From positions 7,968-71,967 of the forward strand of contig JBFMAT010000013.1 of NCBI GenBank assembly GCA_040755495.1: a DNA stretch of 64,000 nucleotides. The letters are read 5' to 3'. Under the pieces are notes generated by a model, which saw only the letters and a list, made by a program, of their open reading frames with translations, ran no database searches and was not told the origin of the DNA. Both the position numbers and the translations under genes were made by a program. Shown here piece by piece: positions 18,714 to 29,432 of this stretch; positions within the stretch are counted from its first letter, which is position 1, and each line of letters starts with the position of its first letter. The stretch is from Chloroflexota bacterium (GTDB lineage Bacteria > Chloroflexota > Limnocylindria > Limnocylindrales > CSP1-4).

Positions 18714-20261
18714 GTGCGTGCGCTGCTGTCGGTCGCCAACCGCGACGGGATCTCCGGATTCGCGCGCGAGCTCGCCCGGCTGGGCTTCGAGCTGTACGCG
18801 ACCGACGGGACCCGCGAGCACCTGGCCGCGGACGGCGTCGAGGCCGCCTCGGTCAGCGACCTCACGGCCGTGCCGCCGCTGGTCGGGGGCCAGGTCCGCA
18901 CCTTCCACCCCGCGATCTACGCCGGCATCCTCGCCCGCCGGGACGTCCCGGAGCAGCTGGAGCAGCTCGCCGAGCACGGCATCGGGCTGATCGACCTCGT
19001 CGTCGTCAACGTCAAGCCGTTCGCCCCGGAGGTGGGGCGCCAGCACATCGGCATCGACGAGGCGATCGAGATGATCGACGTGGGCGGGGCCGCGCTGCTC
19101 GGCGCCGCCGCCCGCAACGCCGCCGGCGTGACGGCCGTGTGCCGGCCCGAGGGCTATGCGGTGGTGCTCGAGGAGCTGCGCACGCTCGGCCAGGTGTCCG
19201 CGGACACCCGCTACCGGCTGGCCGCCGACGCGTACAGCACGGTCGCCGCGTACTACGCCGAGATCGCGGCCTACCTCAACCAGATCGCCGGCAACGTCCA
19301 CCCGCAGCGCCTGGCCCTCGTGCTCGAGAAGGTGGCTGACCTCCCGTATGGCGAGAACCCGCACCAGCGGGCCGCGTTCTACCGCGAGACGACGCACCGC
19401 TCGGGCTCGCTCGCGGACGCCAGCCAGCTCCACGGCGCGCCGCCCACGTTCAACAACCTGCTCGACATCGATGCCGCCTGGCGGATCGCCATGGACTACA
19501 CGACGCCCACGGTCGTGATCACCAAGCACACCGACCCGGTGGGCCTCGCGACCTCGGACGAGCTGGTGGAGGCGTACCGCAAGGCGCTCGAGACGGACCC
19601 GGTCGCCTCGTTCGGCGGCATCGTAGGCGTCAACCGGGAGCTGGACGGCGCGACCGCCCGCGAGATCGCGGCCAACTCCTACGAGGCGGTCGTGGCGCCG
19701 GGGTTCTCCCAGGCGGCGCTCGGCATCCTCCAGGCGAAGCCCGGCCTCGAGCTGCTCGCCGTGCCGCCGTCCCCCACCGAGGGCATGCGCGACTACGGCA
19801 TCGCGAACCTGGACTTCAAGCGGGTCGGGGGCGGCCTGCTGGTCGAGGCGCTGGACTCGGTGGACCTCGATCGCGGCCGGCTCCAGGTCGTGACCAAGCG
19901 CCACCCGACGCTGGGCGAGCTGACCGACCTCCTGTTCGCCTGGCGCGCCGCCCGCCACGTCCGGTCGAACGCGATCGTGCTCGCGCGCAACGCCGCCACC
20001 GTGGGCATCGGGGCCGCCCAGGCGAGCCGCAACGTGTCGGTGGAGATCGCCCTCCGCCGCGCCGGGTCACGGGCGAAGCTCGCGGTCATGGCCTCGGACG
20101 CCTACTTCCCGTTCCCGGACGGCATCCAGATCGCCGCCAACGCCGGCGTCACCGCGATCATCCAGCCCGGCGGCTCGATCCGCGACGAGATGGCGATCGA
20201 GGTCGCCGACCGCCACCACCTGGCGATGGTGTTCACGGGCAAGCGCCACTTCCGCCACTGA
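18714..20261 (+). CDS. purH: Bifunctional AICAR transformylase/IMP cyclohydrolase (divergent N-terminal domain)
   Basis: YGENPHQ, TFNNLLD, KH, SFGGIV, SNAIV, ASDAYFPF, IIQPGGSIRD, RHFRH. Confidence 0.93.
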   Translation: MRALLSVANRDGISGFARELARLGFELYATDGTREHLAADGVEAASVSDLTAVPPLVGGQVRTFHPAIYAGILARRDVPEQLEQLAEHGIGLIDLVVVNVKPFAPEVGRQHIGIDEAIEMIDVGGAALLGAAARNAAGVTAVCRPEGYAVVLEELRTLGQVSADTRYRLAADAYSTVAAYYAEIAAYLNQIAGNVHPQRLALVLEKVADLPYGENPHQRAAFYRETTHRSGSLADASQLHGAPPTFNNLLDIDAAWRIAMDYTTPTVVITKHTDPVGLATSDELVEAYRKALETDPVASFGGIVGVNRELDGATAREIAANSYEAVVAPGFSQAALGILQAKPGLELLAVPPSPTEGMRDYGIANLDFKRVGGGLLVEALDSVDLDRGRLQVVTKRHPTLGELTDLLFAWRAARHVRSNAIVLARNAATVGIGAAQASRNVSVEIALRRAGSRAKLAVMASDAYFPFPDGIQIAANAGVTAIIQPGGSIRDEMAIEVADRHHLAMVFTGKRHFRH

Positions 20262-20365
20262 TGGCCGGCACGCTGATGCGGCCCGCTCACGTCGCTGCGC
20301 CTTCCGCGTTCTCGGTCGCGCCTCGCGCTCGGGCCACCTGATCGCGCCTCGGAGGTACCCACCCG

Positions 20366-21352
<987 letters not shown>

Positions 21353-21364
21353 GCCCGCGACCGG

Positions 21365-21961
21365 TCAGCCCGGTTGGCGCCACCCCGCGCCATCCCAGGA
21401 CGCGACCGGCCGGGCGGCATCGTCGCCCTCGATGGTGCGCCGGCGGGCCGCCGCGGTTGCCACGGTCTCGCCCCAGCCGGGGGGCATGAGGCCTGCCGCC
21501 AGGTCCGCCAGCGGCGCGAGCACGAACAGCCGGTCCCGGGCCTCGACGTGCGGGACGACGAGCGGCAGCGCCGCCTTGGCCGGGTCCGCGCTCCGGCCCG
21601 CCGGCGGCCGCGCGACGTCGACCCGGTGACGCCCGAACACCAGCAGGTCGAGGTCCACCTCGCGCGGGCCCCAGCGCCCGCGCGCCTGGCGCCCGAACGC
21701 CCGCTCCAGCCCCTTGAGCGCAACCAGCAGCGCCGATGCGCCGGTCGCCGCGTCCGGGCCGCGGGGCACGTCCAGGGCCACCACGGCGTTCCGGAACTCG
21801 GGCTGGTCGACGACCCCCACCGGTGCCGTGGCGTACAGCCGCGAGACGCCGCGCAGCCGAGCGCCCGGCAGCGCCGCGAGCGCGTGGACCGCCGCGGCGA
21901 GCGTGCCGGCCGCATCGCCCACGTTGGCCCCCAGCCCGATGTACGCCCGCACCCGGCCCAC
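21365..21961 (-). CDS. folK: 6-hydroxymethyl-7,8-dihydropterin pyrophosphokinase
   Basis: YIGLGANVGD, QPEFRNAV, RWGPREVDLDLL, VPH, RLFVLAPLADL. Confidence 0.93.
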   Translation of the reverse strand: MGRVRAYIGLGANVGDAAGTLAAAVHALAALPGARLRGVSRLYATAPVGVVDQPEFRNAVVALDVPRGPDAATGASALLVALKGLERAFGRQARGRWGPREVDLDLLVFGRHRVDVARPPAGRSADPAKAALPLVVPHVEARDRLFVLAPLADLAAGLMPPGWGETVATAAARRRTIEGDDAARPVASWDGAGWRQPG

Positions 21962-21997
21962 GGCCCGTCACCTCCGCGTCGGTAGACTCGGGGGCGC

Positions 21998-23119
21998 ATG
22001 ACCCCGGTCACCGTCCTCGTCCTCGCCCCCGCGATCACGTCCGATGCGGGTCCGCTCGAGCGCGTGCTCGATGCCGCCCGCACCGCGCTCGCCGAGCACC
22101 ACCGCGAGGGGTTCGCGGCCGCCGGCGCCACGACCGTGATCGTGCGACGGGAGCCGCCCGACGATACCCCATTCGGCGCCCGGCTCCGCCGCCTGGTCGG
22201 GGAGCTCCGGCCCGTCGGGCTGGTCGTGCTGGGTGCCGGCGCCATCCCCCTCGCCACGCCGGCGGACCGCCGGGCGCTGGTGGAGGCGGCCGGCTCCGCG
22301 GAGCGGCGGGCCCTCACCAACCAGCGCTACTCCGCCGACGTCATCGCGATCGCCCGGGCGGGCGAGGTTCTCCGCGACCTGCCCGACCTCCCGTCCGACA
22401 ACGCGCTCCCGCGCTGGCTGGCCGAGGCCGCGGGCGTCACGGTCCGCGACCTGGCCGCCCGCCGCCGGCTGGCGGTCGACGTGGACTCGCCGCTGGACCT
22501 GCTGCTGCTCGAGGGCGTCCGCGCGGCGCCGCGTCTGCCCCAGCCCACGGACGACGATGCCGCCCCCGTGCGCGGGCGCCTGGCCGCGCTCCGGCGGCTG
22601 GCCACCGACCCGCTCGCCGAGCTCCTGGTCGCGGGGCGGACGTCCGCCGTGGACCTCCGCTGGCTGGAGCGCGGCACCCGATCGCGGACCCGGGTCCTGG
22701 TCGAGGAGCGCGGGCTCCGGACCGCATCCGCCGCCGCCGTCCTGGGGCGTCCCAACCGCCGCCCGCCGCGGAGCCTGCTCGGCGAGCTGCTCGACCGGGA
22801 CGGGCCCGCGAGCCTCGGCCGCCTGGTGGCGGGGCTCGCGGACGGGGCGCTGGTCGACACTCGCGTCCTGCTCGCCCACCGCCTCGGCGCCGACGAGCGC
22901 GCCTGGCCCCCGGCCGAGGACCGCTTCGCGAGCGACCTCCTGCTCCCGGACGCCGTCCGCGACCCGTGGCTCCACGCGCTCACGGACGCCGCGGCCGGGG
23001 CGCCGGTCCCGGTCCTGCTCGGCGGCCACTCGCTGGTCGGCCCGGGGCTGCGCCTCGCGCTGGCGCCCGGCCCCCGCGTCGCCGTCGGCGACGGCACGGC
23101 GCCGGATCGACGCCCGTGA
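21998..23119 (+). CDS. Conserved hypothetical protein, CofC/MobA-like nucleotidyltransferase fold
   Basis: GAGAIPL, TNQRYSAD, SDN and DVDSPLDL (DxDxxxDL) motifs; TAGACT -10 at 21983-21988. Confidence 0.6.
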   Translation: MTPVTVLVLAPAITSDAGPLERVLDAARTALAEHHREGFAAAGATTVIVRREPPDDTPFGARLRRLVGELRPVGLVVLGAGAIPLATPADRRALVEAAGSAERRALTNQRYSADVIAIARAGEVLRDLPDLPSDNALPRWLAEAAGVTVRDLAARRRLAVDVDSPLDLLLLEGVRAAPRLPQPTDDDAAPVRGRLAALRRLATDPLAELLVAGRTSAVDLRWLERGTRSRTRVLVEERGLRTASAAAVLGRPNRRPPRSLLGELLDRDGPASLGRLVAGLADGALVDTRVLLAHRLGADERAWPPAEDRFASDLLLPDAVRDPWLHALTDAAAGAPVPVLLGGHSLVGPGLRLALAPGPRVAVGDGTAPDRRP

Positions 23120-24330
23120 GCGGCGACGGCCCCGGCATCGAGCCCGGCTATCGCCGCCAGCCGCTGCCGGACCCCGAGGCCGTGGGCGAGGACGAGGAGC
23201 TGGTCGCGCGGCTGCGGGAGGAGATCCGGACCGCCGGGCCGATCACCTTCGCGCGGTTCATGGACCGGGCGCTGTACGAGCCCGGGCACGGCTACTACCG
23301 ACGCGCCACCCCGGCCCCCGGCCGCGCGGGCGACTTCCTCACCGCCCCCGAGGCCCACCCCATCTTCGGCGCCGCGGTCGGCCGGCTCCTGGAGCAGGCG
23401 TGGGACGCGCTCGGCCGGCCCGACCCGTTCACGATCACGGAGCCCGGGGCCGGCGCCGGGGCGCTCGCGGCGGGCCTCCTCGGCGGCCTGCGCGACCTCG
23501 GCTCGCCGCTGCTGGCCGCGGTCCGCTACCGGCCGCTGGAGCGGGAGGCGGAGCGCCTGCGCGTCCTCCGCGAGCGCCTCGCCGCCGATGGGCTGGCCGG
23601 GCACCTCGCCCCGGACCCCGGACCGTCGGACGCGGCCGAGACCGGCGCCGTGGTGGCGAACGAGGTCCTCGACGCGCTCCCGGTCCACCGGGTCGTCGGT
23701 CGGCCGGAGGGCCTCCGCGAGCTCCTGGTGGGCCTGGACGGCGGGCGGTTCGAGTTCGTCGAGGCGCCGCCCACCACGCCGGCCCTGGCCGCCCGTCTCG
23801 CGGCGGAGGCGGTCGTCCTCGAGGACGGCCAGGTGACGGAGGTGTGCCTCGCGCTCGACGGCTGGCTCGCCGACGCCACCCGCCACCTCGCCCGGGGCGT
23901 GGTGATCCTCGTGGACTACGCGGAGGAGCCGGCCACCCTCCACTCCCCGGTGCGGCGCGACGGGACGCTGCGGGCCTTCGCCCGGCATGCCGTGGGCGGG
24001 GATCCGCTCCGCCACGTCGGCCGCCAGGACCTGACCGCGACCGTGGACCTCGCCGCGGTGCGGGCCGCGGCCGGACGCGCGGGTCTCGACGCGGTCGGCG
24101 AGACGACCCAGGCCGAGCTCCTCGCGGCGACCGGGTCGGGCGACCTGGCGGCCGGCTACCTGCGGCGGCCCGGCGCCTCGCTCGAGGACGCGCTCGCGCT
24201 CCGGTCCGCGCTGGCGCGCCTGATGGACACGCGCGGCATGGGTGGCTTCCGGGTGCTCGCGTACGGCCGCGGGCTGCCCCCGGGCACGGCGCTGCCGGGT
24301 CTCCACCGCCTCGCCCGGCCGGGCCGGTGA
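23116..24330 (+). CDS. MidA/NDUFAF7-family SAM-dependent methyltransferase
   Basis: GPITFARFMDRALY..GYY, GDFLTAPE, EPGAGAG, ANEVLDALPVH, DY, GRQDLTATVD. Confidence 0.9.
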   Translation: MSGDGPGIEPGYRRQPLPDPEAVGEDEELVARLREEIRTAGPITFARFMDRALYEPGHGYYRRATPAPGRAGDFLTAPEAHPIFGAAVGRLLEQAWDALGRPDPFTITEPGAGAGALAAGLLGGLRDLGSPLLAAVRYRPLEREAERLRVLRERLAADGLAGHLAPDPGPSDAAETGAVVANEVLDALPVHRVVGRPEGLRELLVGLDGGRFEFVEAPPTTPALAARLAAEAVVLEDGQVTEVCLALDGWLADATRHLARGVVILVDYAEEPATLHSPVRRDGTLRAFARHAVGGDPLRHVGRQDLTATVDLAAVRAAAGRAGLDAVGETTQAELLAATGSGDLAAGYLRRPGASLEDALALRSALARLMDTRGMGGFRVLAYGRGLPPGTALPGLHRLARPGR

Positions 24331-24398
24331 GGGCTCCCGGAGGCCCGCCGCCGCCCGTTCGTGGTGGCGCCGGTCAGGGTCGCCGCGCCGGCGACCGC

Positions 24399-24407
24399 TG
24401 CTAGAAT
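24399..24407 (+). promoter_or_regulatory. Extended -10 promoter of the nuo operon
   Basis: TGCTAGAAT (TGn-TAGAAT) about 110 nt before nuoA. Confidence 0.55.
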
Positions 24408-24515
24408 GCTGGAGCCGAGCCGCCCCGAGCGGCGGCGGCGGCACGCCCCAGGATCATTCACCGCGAACGGGCGCCGAGCACATCACCGTCGGCCCCGCTC
24501 GACACCGAGGATCTC

Positions 24516-24872
24516 GTGACCGGCATCTGGTACGTCGTCGGGTTCGCCTTCGCGGGCGTCTCGTTCGTCTTCCTGACGATCGGGCTGTCGTGGCTGATCA
24601 CCCATCGCACCCGGGGTGATCGCCACAAGGGCTACCCCTACGAGTCCGGGATCGACACCTACGGCGACACGCACGCCCGGTTCGGCATCTCGTTCTACAT
24701 CTACGCCCTGATGTTCGTCGCCTTCGACATCGAGGTGGTGTTCATCTACCTGTGGGCGCTGGTGTTCCGCGACCTGGCGCTGGCCGGCTTCATGAGCATG
24801 CTGGTGTTCGTGGTCATCCTCCTCGTGGGCCTCGCCTACGCCTGGCGAAAGGGGGTGCTCACGTGGAAGTGA
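24516..24872 (+). CDS. nuoA: NADH-quinone oxidoreductase subunit A
   Basis: [36 protein letters not shown]. Confidence 0.95.
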   Translation: MTGIWYVVGFAFAGVSFVFLTIGLSWLITHRTRGDRHKGYPYESGIDTYGDTHARFGISFYIYALMFVAFDIEVVFIYLWALVFRDLALAGFMSMLVFVVILLVGLAYAWRKGVLTWK

Positions 24873-25627
24873 TCCCCGGCGGCCCGGACGAGATCCGGGA
24901 TCCCGGCGTCGGGCCGGCAGGCGGCACCGGGACGGACGACGAGGCCGGCCAGCGTCCCAGCGCACTGGTCACCGCGGCACCGCGAGACGTCGCCCAGCCG
25001 ATCGTCGTCCCCAACACCCTGTGGGCGTCGACGCGTCCCGAGGCCTACGGTGGCGGGCTGCCGACCGAGCACACGCACCTCCGCGAGCTCGAGGGCTCGC
25101 CCCTGCTGATCCGGGACGACGCTCGCTGGGGCGCGCTCGAGGTCATCCCCACCAAGGCCGACCTCGTGCTCGACCTGATCCGCATGAACAGCCTTTGGCC
25201 GCTGCTGTCGGGCCTGGCCTGCTGCGCGATCGAGATGATGTCCGCGGCGACGTCGCGCAACGACATGGACCGCTGGGGCATGTTCCCGTTCCGCGCCTCT
25301 CCCCGACAGGCGGACGTGCTGATCGTCGCCGGCACGCTGACCACCAAGATGGCCGGCCCGCTGGTCCGCCTGTGGGAGCAGATGCCGGAGCCCAAGTGGT
25401 GCGTGGCGATGGGCGACTGCACCTGCTCGGGCGGGCGCTACAAGCGCAGCTACGCCACGATCGAGGGCATCGACCGCGTGATGCCCGTGGACGTGTACGT
25501 GCCCGGCTGCCCGCCCCGGCCCGAGGGCCTGATCTACGGGATGATGAAGCTCGGCCAGCTGGTCAAGCAGCGCCGCGGCCAGTGGCCCGAGCGGACGGTT
25601 GGCCCCACCGTGCCGGAGGACGTCTAG
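24869..25627 (+). CDS. nuoB: NADH-quinone oxidoreductase subunit B
   Basis: [35 protein letters not shown] (N2 ligands); start uncertain. Confidence 0.95.
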   Translation: MIPGGPDEIRDPGVGPAGGTGTDDEAGQRPSALVTAAPRDVAQPIVVPNTLWASTRPEAYGGGLPTEHTHLRELEGSPLLIRDDARWGALEVIPTKADLVLDLIRMNSLWPLLSGLACCAIEMMSAATSRNDMDRWGMFPFRASPRQADVLIVAGTLTTKMAGPLVRLWEQMPEPKWCVAMGDCTCSGGRYKRSYATIEGIDRVMPVDVYVPGCPPRPEGLIYGMMKLGQLVKQRRGQWPERTVGPTVPEDV

Positions 25628-25629
25628 GC

Positions 25630-26178
25630 ATGGACCGGAGCCTCCGCAAGCGGCTCGAGGCGCGGTTCGCTGACCGCCTGACCGGCCCGGTGCGCCAGCG
25701 CCACGACCAGACCGAGATCCGCATCCGCCCGGCGGACGTGCCCGAGGTCATGCGCGAGCTCCACGACGACCCGGCGCTCGGCTTCGAGATCCTCGCGGAC
25801 CTCGCGGGCGTGGACACGGGCACGCACATGCAAGTCGTCTACCACCTGTGGTCGGCCGGCACGCCGGACTGGCTCCGCGTGGTCGCGGACGGCATGCCCC
25901 GCGACGACCCACGCATCCCCACGCTCACCGGCCTGTGGCCGGGGGCGGAGTGGATGGAGCGCGAGACCTACGACATGTTCGGGATCATCTTCGAGGGCAA
26001 CCGTGACCTGCGGCGGATCTACATGCCGCCCGACTACACGAGCTTCCCGCTGCGCAAGGACTTCTACCTGCCGGACGACGCGGCCCGGTCCCCCGGTGGC
26101 GGCGTCCGCCACATGGAGCAGACGCACACCCCGACCCAGGCGACCCCGTCCGTGGTCCGCCGCACGGCGAAGGCGTAG
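25630..26178 (+). CDS. nuoC: NADH-quinone oxidoreductase subunit C
   Basis: AEWMERETYDMFGIIFEG..LRRI..PLRKDF. Confidence 0.93.
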   Translation: MDRSLRKRLEARFADRLTGPVRQRHDQTEIRIRPADVPEVMRELHDDPALGFEILADLAGVDTGTHMQVVYHLWSAGTPDWLRVVADGMPRDDPRIPTLTGLWPGAEWMERETYDMFGIIFEGNRDLRRIYMPPDYTSFPLRKDFYLPDDAARSPGGGVRHMEQTHTPTQATPSVVRRTAKA

Positions 26179-26180
26179 CC

Positions 26181-27416
26181 ATGACGACGACCACCCCGCA
26201 CCAGCACCCCTCCGCCGACGACCCCCGGGTGCTGCTCGACGACCAGGTCGGCGCGTTCGAGGCCGTCCCGCCGTACCCGCCGCGGACCGAGCGCGAGGCG
26301 GAGTTCTACTCGCTCGGCGACGGCGAGATGTTCCTCAACATGGGCCCCCAGCACCCGTCCACGCACGGGGTGCTGCGGGTCGTGCTCAAGATCGACGGCG
26401 AGCGGGTCGTGGACCTGGACCCGGTGCTCGGCTATCTCCACCGCGGCGTCGAGAAGCTGTGCGAGACCTCGGACTTCCACCACATCATCAGCCAGCTCGA
26501 CCCGCTCGAGTACATCAGCTCGCTGTTCATGGAGTGGGCGCCCGTGATGGCGTTCGAGCAGCTGCTGGACGTGCAGGTGCCGCGCCGGGCCGAGTACATC
26601 CGGGTGCTCACCGGCGAGCTCAACCGGGTCGCCAGCCACGCGCTGTTCCAGGGCTGGATGGCGCTGGACCTGGGCGGCCTGACCCCGATCCTGTACAGCT
26701 TCATCGAGCGCGACGAGATCGTCGAGATGCTGGCCGCGATCACCGGGCAGCGGATGCTGTTCAACTACTTCCGGGTCGGCGGCGTGAACGGCGACCTGAA
26801 CCACGAGTTCATGTCCCGCCTGGGCGACTGGATGAGCCGGGCGACCGCGCAGAACCAGGCCAACATCGAGCTGCTCAACGACAACGAGATCTTCGTCCGG
26901 CGCATGCGCGGCATCGGCCGGCTGGACCGCGAGACGGCCCTCCGGATGGGGACCACGGGCCCCAACATCCGCGCCGCGGGCGTGCCGTTCGACATCCGGC
27001 GGGCCCACCCGTACTCGGTCTACCCCGAGCTCGAGTTCGACATCCCGACCCGCGGCCATGACGGCGGTGGCGACTCGCTGGACCGCTACCTGCTCCGGCT
27101 GGACGAGGTCAAGCAGAGCCTCCGGATCATCGACCAGTGCCTCCACAACATGCCCGACGGGCCGGTCATGGCCCGCCTGCCGCGCCTGCTCCGGCCGCGT
27201 CCCGGCCGGGCGTGGGCCGCGGTCGAGGCGCCGCGCGGGCTGTTCGGCACGTACGTGATCTCGGACGGCACGGACCAGCCGTTCCGGATGAAGATCCACG
27301 ACCCCTCGTTCGTCAACCTCCAGCTGGTGGGGCTGCTGATGAAGGGCAACCTGATCGCGGACACCATGGCCGTGATGGCATCCCTCGATCCCGTCATGGG
27401 CGGCATCGACAAGTGA
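26181..27416 (+). CDS. nuoD: NADH-quinone oxidoreductase subunit D
   Basis: NMGPQHPSTHGVLR, GYLHRGVEK, ELNRVASH, EAPRG; no NiFe CxxC motifs. Confidence 0.95.
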   Translation: MTTTTPHQHPSADDPRVLLDDQVGAFEAVPPYPPRTEREAEFYSLGDGEMFLNMGPQHPSTHGVLRVVLKIDGERVVDLDPVLGYLHRGVEKLCETSDFHHIISQLDPLEYISSLFMEWAPVMAFEQLLDVQVPRRAEYIRVLTGELNRVASHALFQGWMALDLGGLTPILYSFIERDEIVEMLAAITGQRMLFNYFRVGGVNGDLNHEFMSRLGDWMSRATAQNQANIELLNDNEIFVRRMRGIGRLDRETALRMGTTGPNIRAAGVPFDIRRAHPYSVYPELEFDIPTRGHDGGGDSLDRYLLRLDEVKQSLRIIDQCLHNMPDGPVMARLPRLLRPRPGRAWAAVEAPRGLFGTYVISDGTDQPFRMKIHDPSFVNLQLVGLLMKGNLIADTMAVMASLDPVMGGIDK

Positions 27417-28765
27417 CGGCGATCGGGCGCGCCTGGGGGAACCTCACGGTCACCGGGAGGGTCCTCGTCCCGCTGCTGTTCCTGGTGCTCGTCGTCGCAC
27501 CGGTGGCGACCGTCCTGATCGCGCTGTTCGTCGGGCCGTGGGTCCTGGACGTCCTCGCCTCGAACCTGGGCATCGTCCGGTTCGTGGTCGCGATCACCGG
27601 GGTGCTGCTGTTCACGATCCCGGCCGCGTTCGTGATCATCTACATGGAGATGAAGGTCATCGCCCGGATGAACCTCCGGATCGGGCCCGACCGCGTCGGC
27701 CCGTACGGGTCCCTGATGTCCGTGGTCCACGGCCTCAAGTTCCTGTCCAAGGAGGACTTCACCCCGACGGGCGCCGACGTGCCGGTGTTCACGCTCGCCC
27801 CGGTGGCCGTGTTCCTGGCCACGGTCATGACCTTCCTGGTCGTGCCGTTCGGCCCCGGACTGGTCGGCCAGGACCTCAACATCGGCCTGCTGTACCTGTT
27901 CGCCGTCGGCGGCATGAACGTGGTCGGGCTGCTGATGGCCGGCTGGGCCAGCTTCAACAAGTACTCGCTGCTGGGTGGGCTGCGGGCCGCGGCCCAGGCG
28001 GTCAGCTACGAGATCCCGCTGACCCTCTCGGTCGTGGGCCTCGTGCTCCTGGCCGGCACGCTGAGCGTGTACCAGATCGGCGCGGCCCAGGCGGGCTGGT
28101 TCACGGACTGGTTCGTGTTCCGCCAGCCGCTGGGCGCCCTGATCTTCTTCATCGCCGGCACGGCGGAGGCCAACCGCTCGCCGCTGGACATGACCGAGGC
28201 GGACCAGGAGATCGTGGCGGGCTTCGCCACCGAGTACTCCGGGATGCGGTTCGCGTTCTTCTTCTTCGCCGAGTACGTGAACGTGTTCGTGATGTCGGCG
28301 CTCATCGTCACGCTGTTCTTCGGCGCCTGGAACGCCCCGTTCCCGTTCCCGGACGTCGCGCTGGCGCTGGACCCGGGCTCGCTGGGGATCGGGCTCGTGA
28401 TCCTGCTCGCGGCGGCGCCGGTGGCCCTGACCCTGCTGTTCGCGGCGCCGTTCTACCTCGCCCGCAGCTCGACGCCCGCCTGGCAGGCGCTGCTGCTCGG
28501 CTTCATCACGTTCAACGTGGTGGCGGTCGGCGGCCTGCTGGGTGCCGCCTACCTCGGGCTCGACTGGTTCGCCGGCCTCGCCTGGTTCATGGTCAAGACG
28601 TTCATCTTCGTGTTCGTCTTCGTGTGGATGCGGGGCACCTTCCCGCGGGTGCGCATCGACCAGCTGATGGGCTTCGCGTGGAAGTGGCTGCTGCCGGCGT
28701 CGCTGCTCAACCTGTTCGTGACCGCGGCGGCAATCCTCGTCGTCGATGCGCTGAAGGCCGGGTGA
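27413..28765 (+). CDS. nuoH: NADH-quinone oxidoreductase subunit H (450 aa, extra TM segments)
   Basis: RIGPDRVGPYG, KEDFTP, NKYSLLGGLRAAAQAVSYE, EYSGMRF, RGTFPRVRIDQLM. Confidence 0.93.
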   Translation: MTAIGRAWGNLTVTGRVLVPLLFLVLVVAPVATVLIALFVGPWVLDVLASNLGIVRFVVAITGVLLFTIPAAFVIIYMEMKVIARMNLRIGPDRVGPYGSLMSVVHGLKFLSKEDFTPTGADVPVFTLAPVAVFLATVMTFLVVPFGPGLVGQDLNIGLLYLFAVGGMNVVGLLMAGWASFNKYSLLGGLRAAAQAVSYEIPLTLSVVGLVLLAGTLSVYQIGAAQAGWFTDWFVFRQPLGALIFFIAGTAEANRSPLDMTEADQEIVAGFATEYSGMRFAFFFFAEYVNVFVMSALIVTLFFGAWNAPFPFPDVALALDPGSLGIGLVILLAAAPVALTLLFAAPFYLARSSTPAWQALLLGFITFNVVAVGGLLGAAYLGLDWFAGLAWFMVKTFIFVFVFVWMRGTFPRVRIDQLMGFAWKWLLPASLLNLFVTAAAILVVDALKAG

Positions 28766-28769
28766 CCCG

Positions 28770-29432
28770 ATGAGCACGATCCCCGGGATGGGCATGGTCC
28801 GCGGCATGGGCCTCACCCTGCGCCGCTTCTTCGCGCCCAAGGCCACGATCCAGTGGCCCGAGGTGCACGCGGACGTCGCGCCCAAGTTCCGCGGCCGCCT
28901 CCAGCTGCTGTACGACGAGTACGGCACGCTCAAGTGCGAGACCTGCTTCCAGTGCGCCCAGGCCTGCCCGATCGAGTGCATCGACATGGGCGGCATCGAC
29001 ACCAAGGGCCGCTTCCACGTCCACTGGGGCCCGCCCGAGACGTACGGCGAGCGGCGCGAGGAGTCGGCGCTCCGGCGCTCCGGGCGCCCGGTCGCGGACC
29101 ACGGCTACACGCGCTTCGAGGGCATCGACCTCGGCCCGCTGGACGCGATCCTCGATGCCCACGACTACGACCCCGGGGACATGCTCGCGATCCTCGAGGA
29201 GGCCCAGGCCGAGTACGGCTACCTGCCCGTGGCCGCGCTCCGGCACATCTCGCGGGTGACCGGCGCCTGGTACGCGATGATCTACGGCACCGCCACGTAC
29301 TACCGGCACCTCCGCTTCGAGCCGCCGGCCGTCACCGACACGCCACCGGCCGGCACGGCGCAACGCGGCATCGAGGACGGGTACCGGTCGGCGCTGGACG
29401 CCGCCCTGGGCCTCGGCGGGCGGCCGAGCTGA
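28770..29432 (+). CDS. Fusion of the NuoI N-terminal half with the NuoE N-terminal helical domain
   Basis: ATIQWPE..KFRGR..CETCFQCAQACPIECI (one ferredoxin motif), then LAILEEAQAEYGYLP..IYGTATYY; no NuoE 2Fe-2S Cys. Confidence 0.88.
   Translation: MSTIPGMGMVRGMGLTLRRFFAPKATIQWPEVHADVAPKFRGRLQLLYDEYGTLKCETCFQCAQACPIECIDMGGIDTKGRFHVHWGPPETYGERREESALRRSGRPVADHGYTRFEGIDLGPLDAILDAHDYDPGDMLAILEEAQAEYGYLPVAALRHISRVTGAWYAMIYGTATYYRHLRFEPPAVTDTPPAGTAQRGIEDGYRSALDAALGLGGRPS

Noticed and set aside
26181-27416. Group 4 [NiFe]-hydrogenase large subunit
   Set aside because: No N- or C-terminal CxxC Ni-binding motifs; the quinone-site HPSTHG and Tyr are present.
28770-29432. nuoI or nuoE pseudogene caused by a frameshift
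   Set aside because: The frame is open and translationally coupled to the next gene, no missing Cys motifs appear in the other frames, and the other half of NuoI is intact in frame at about 33076-33260.
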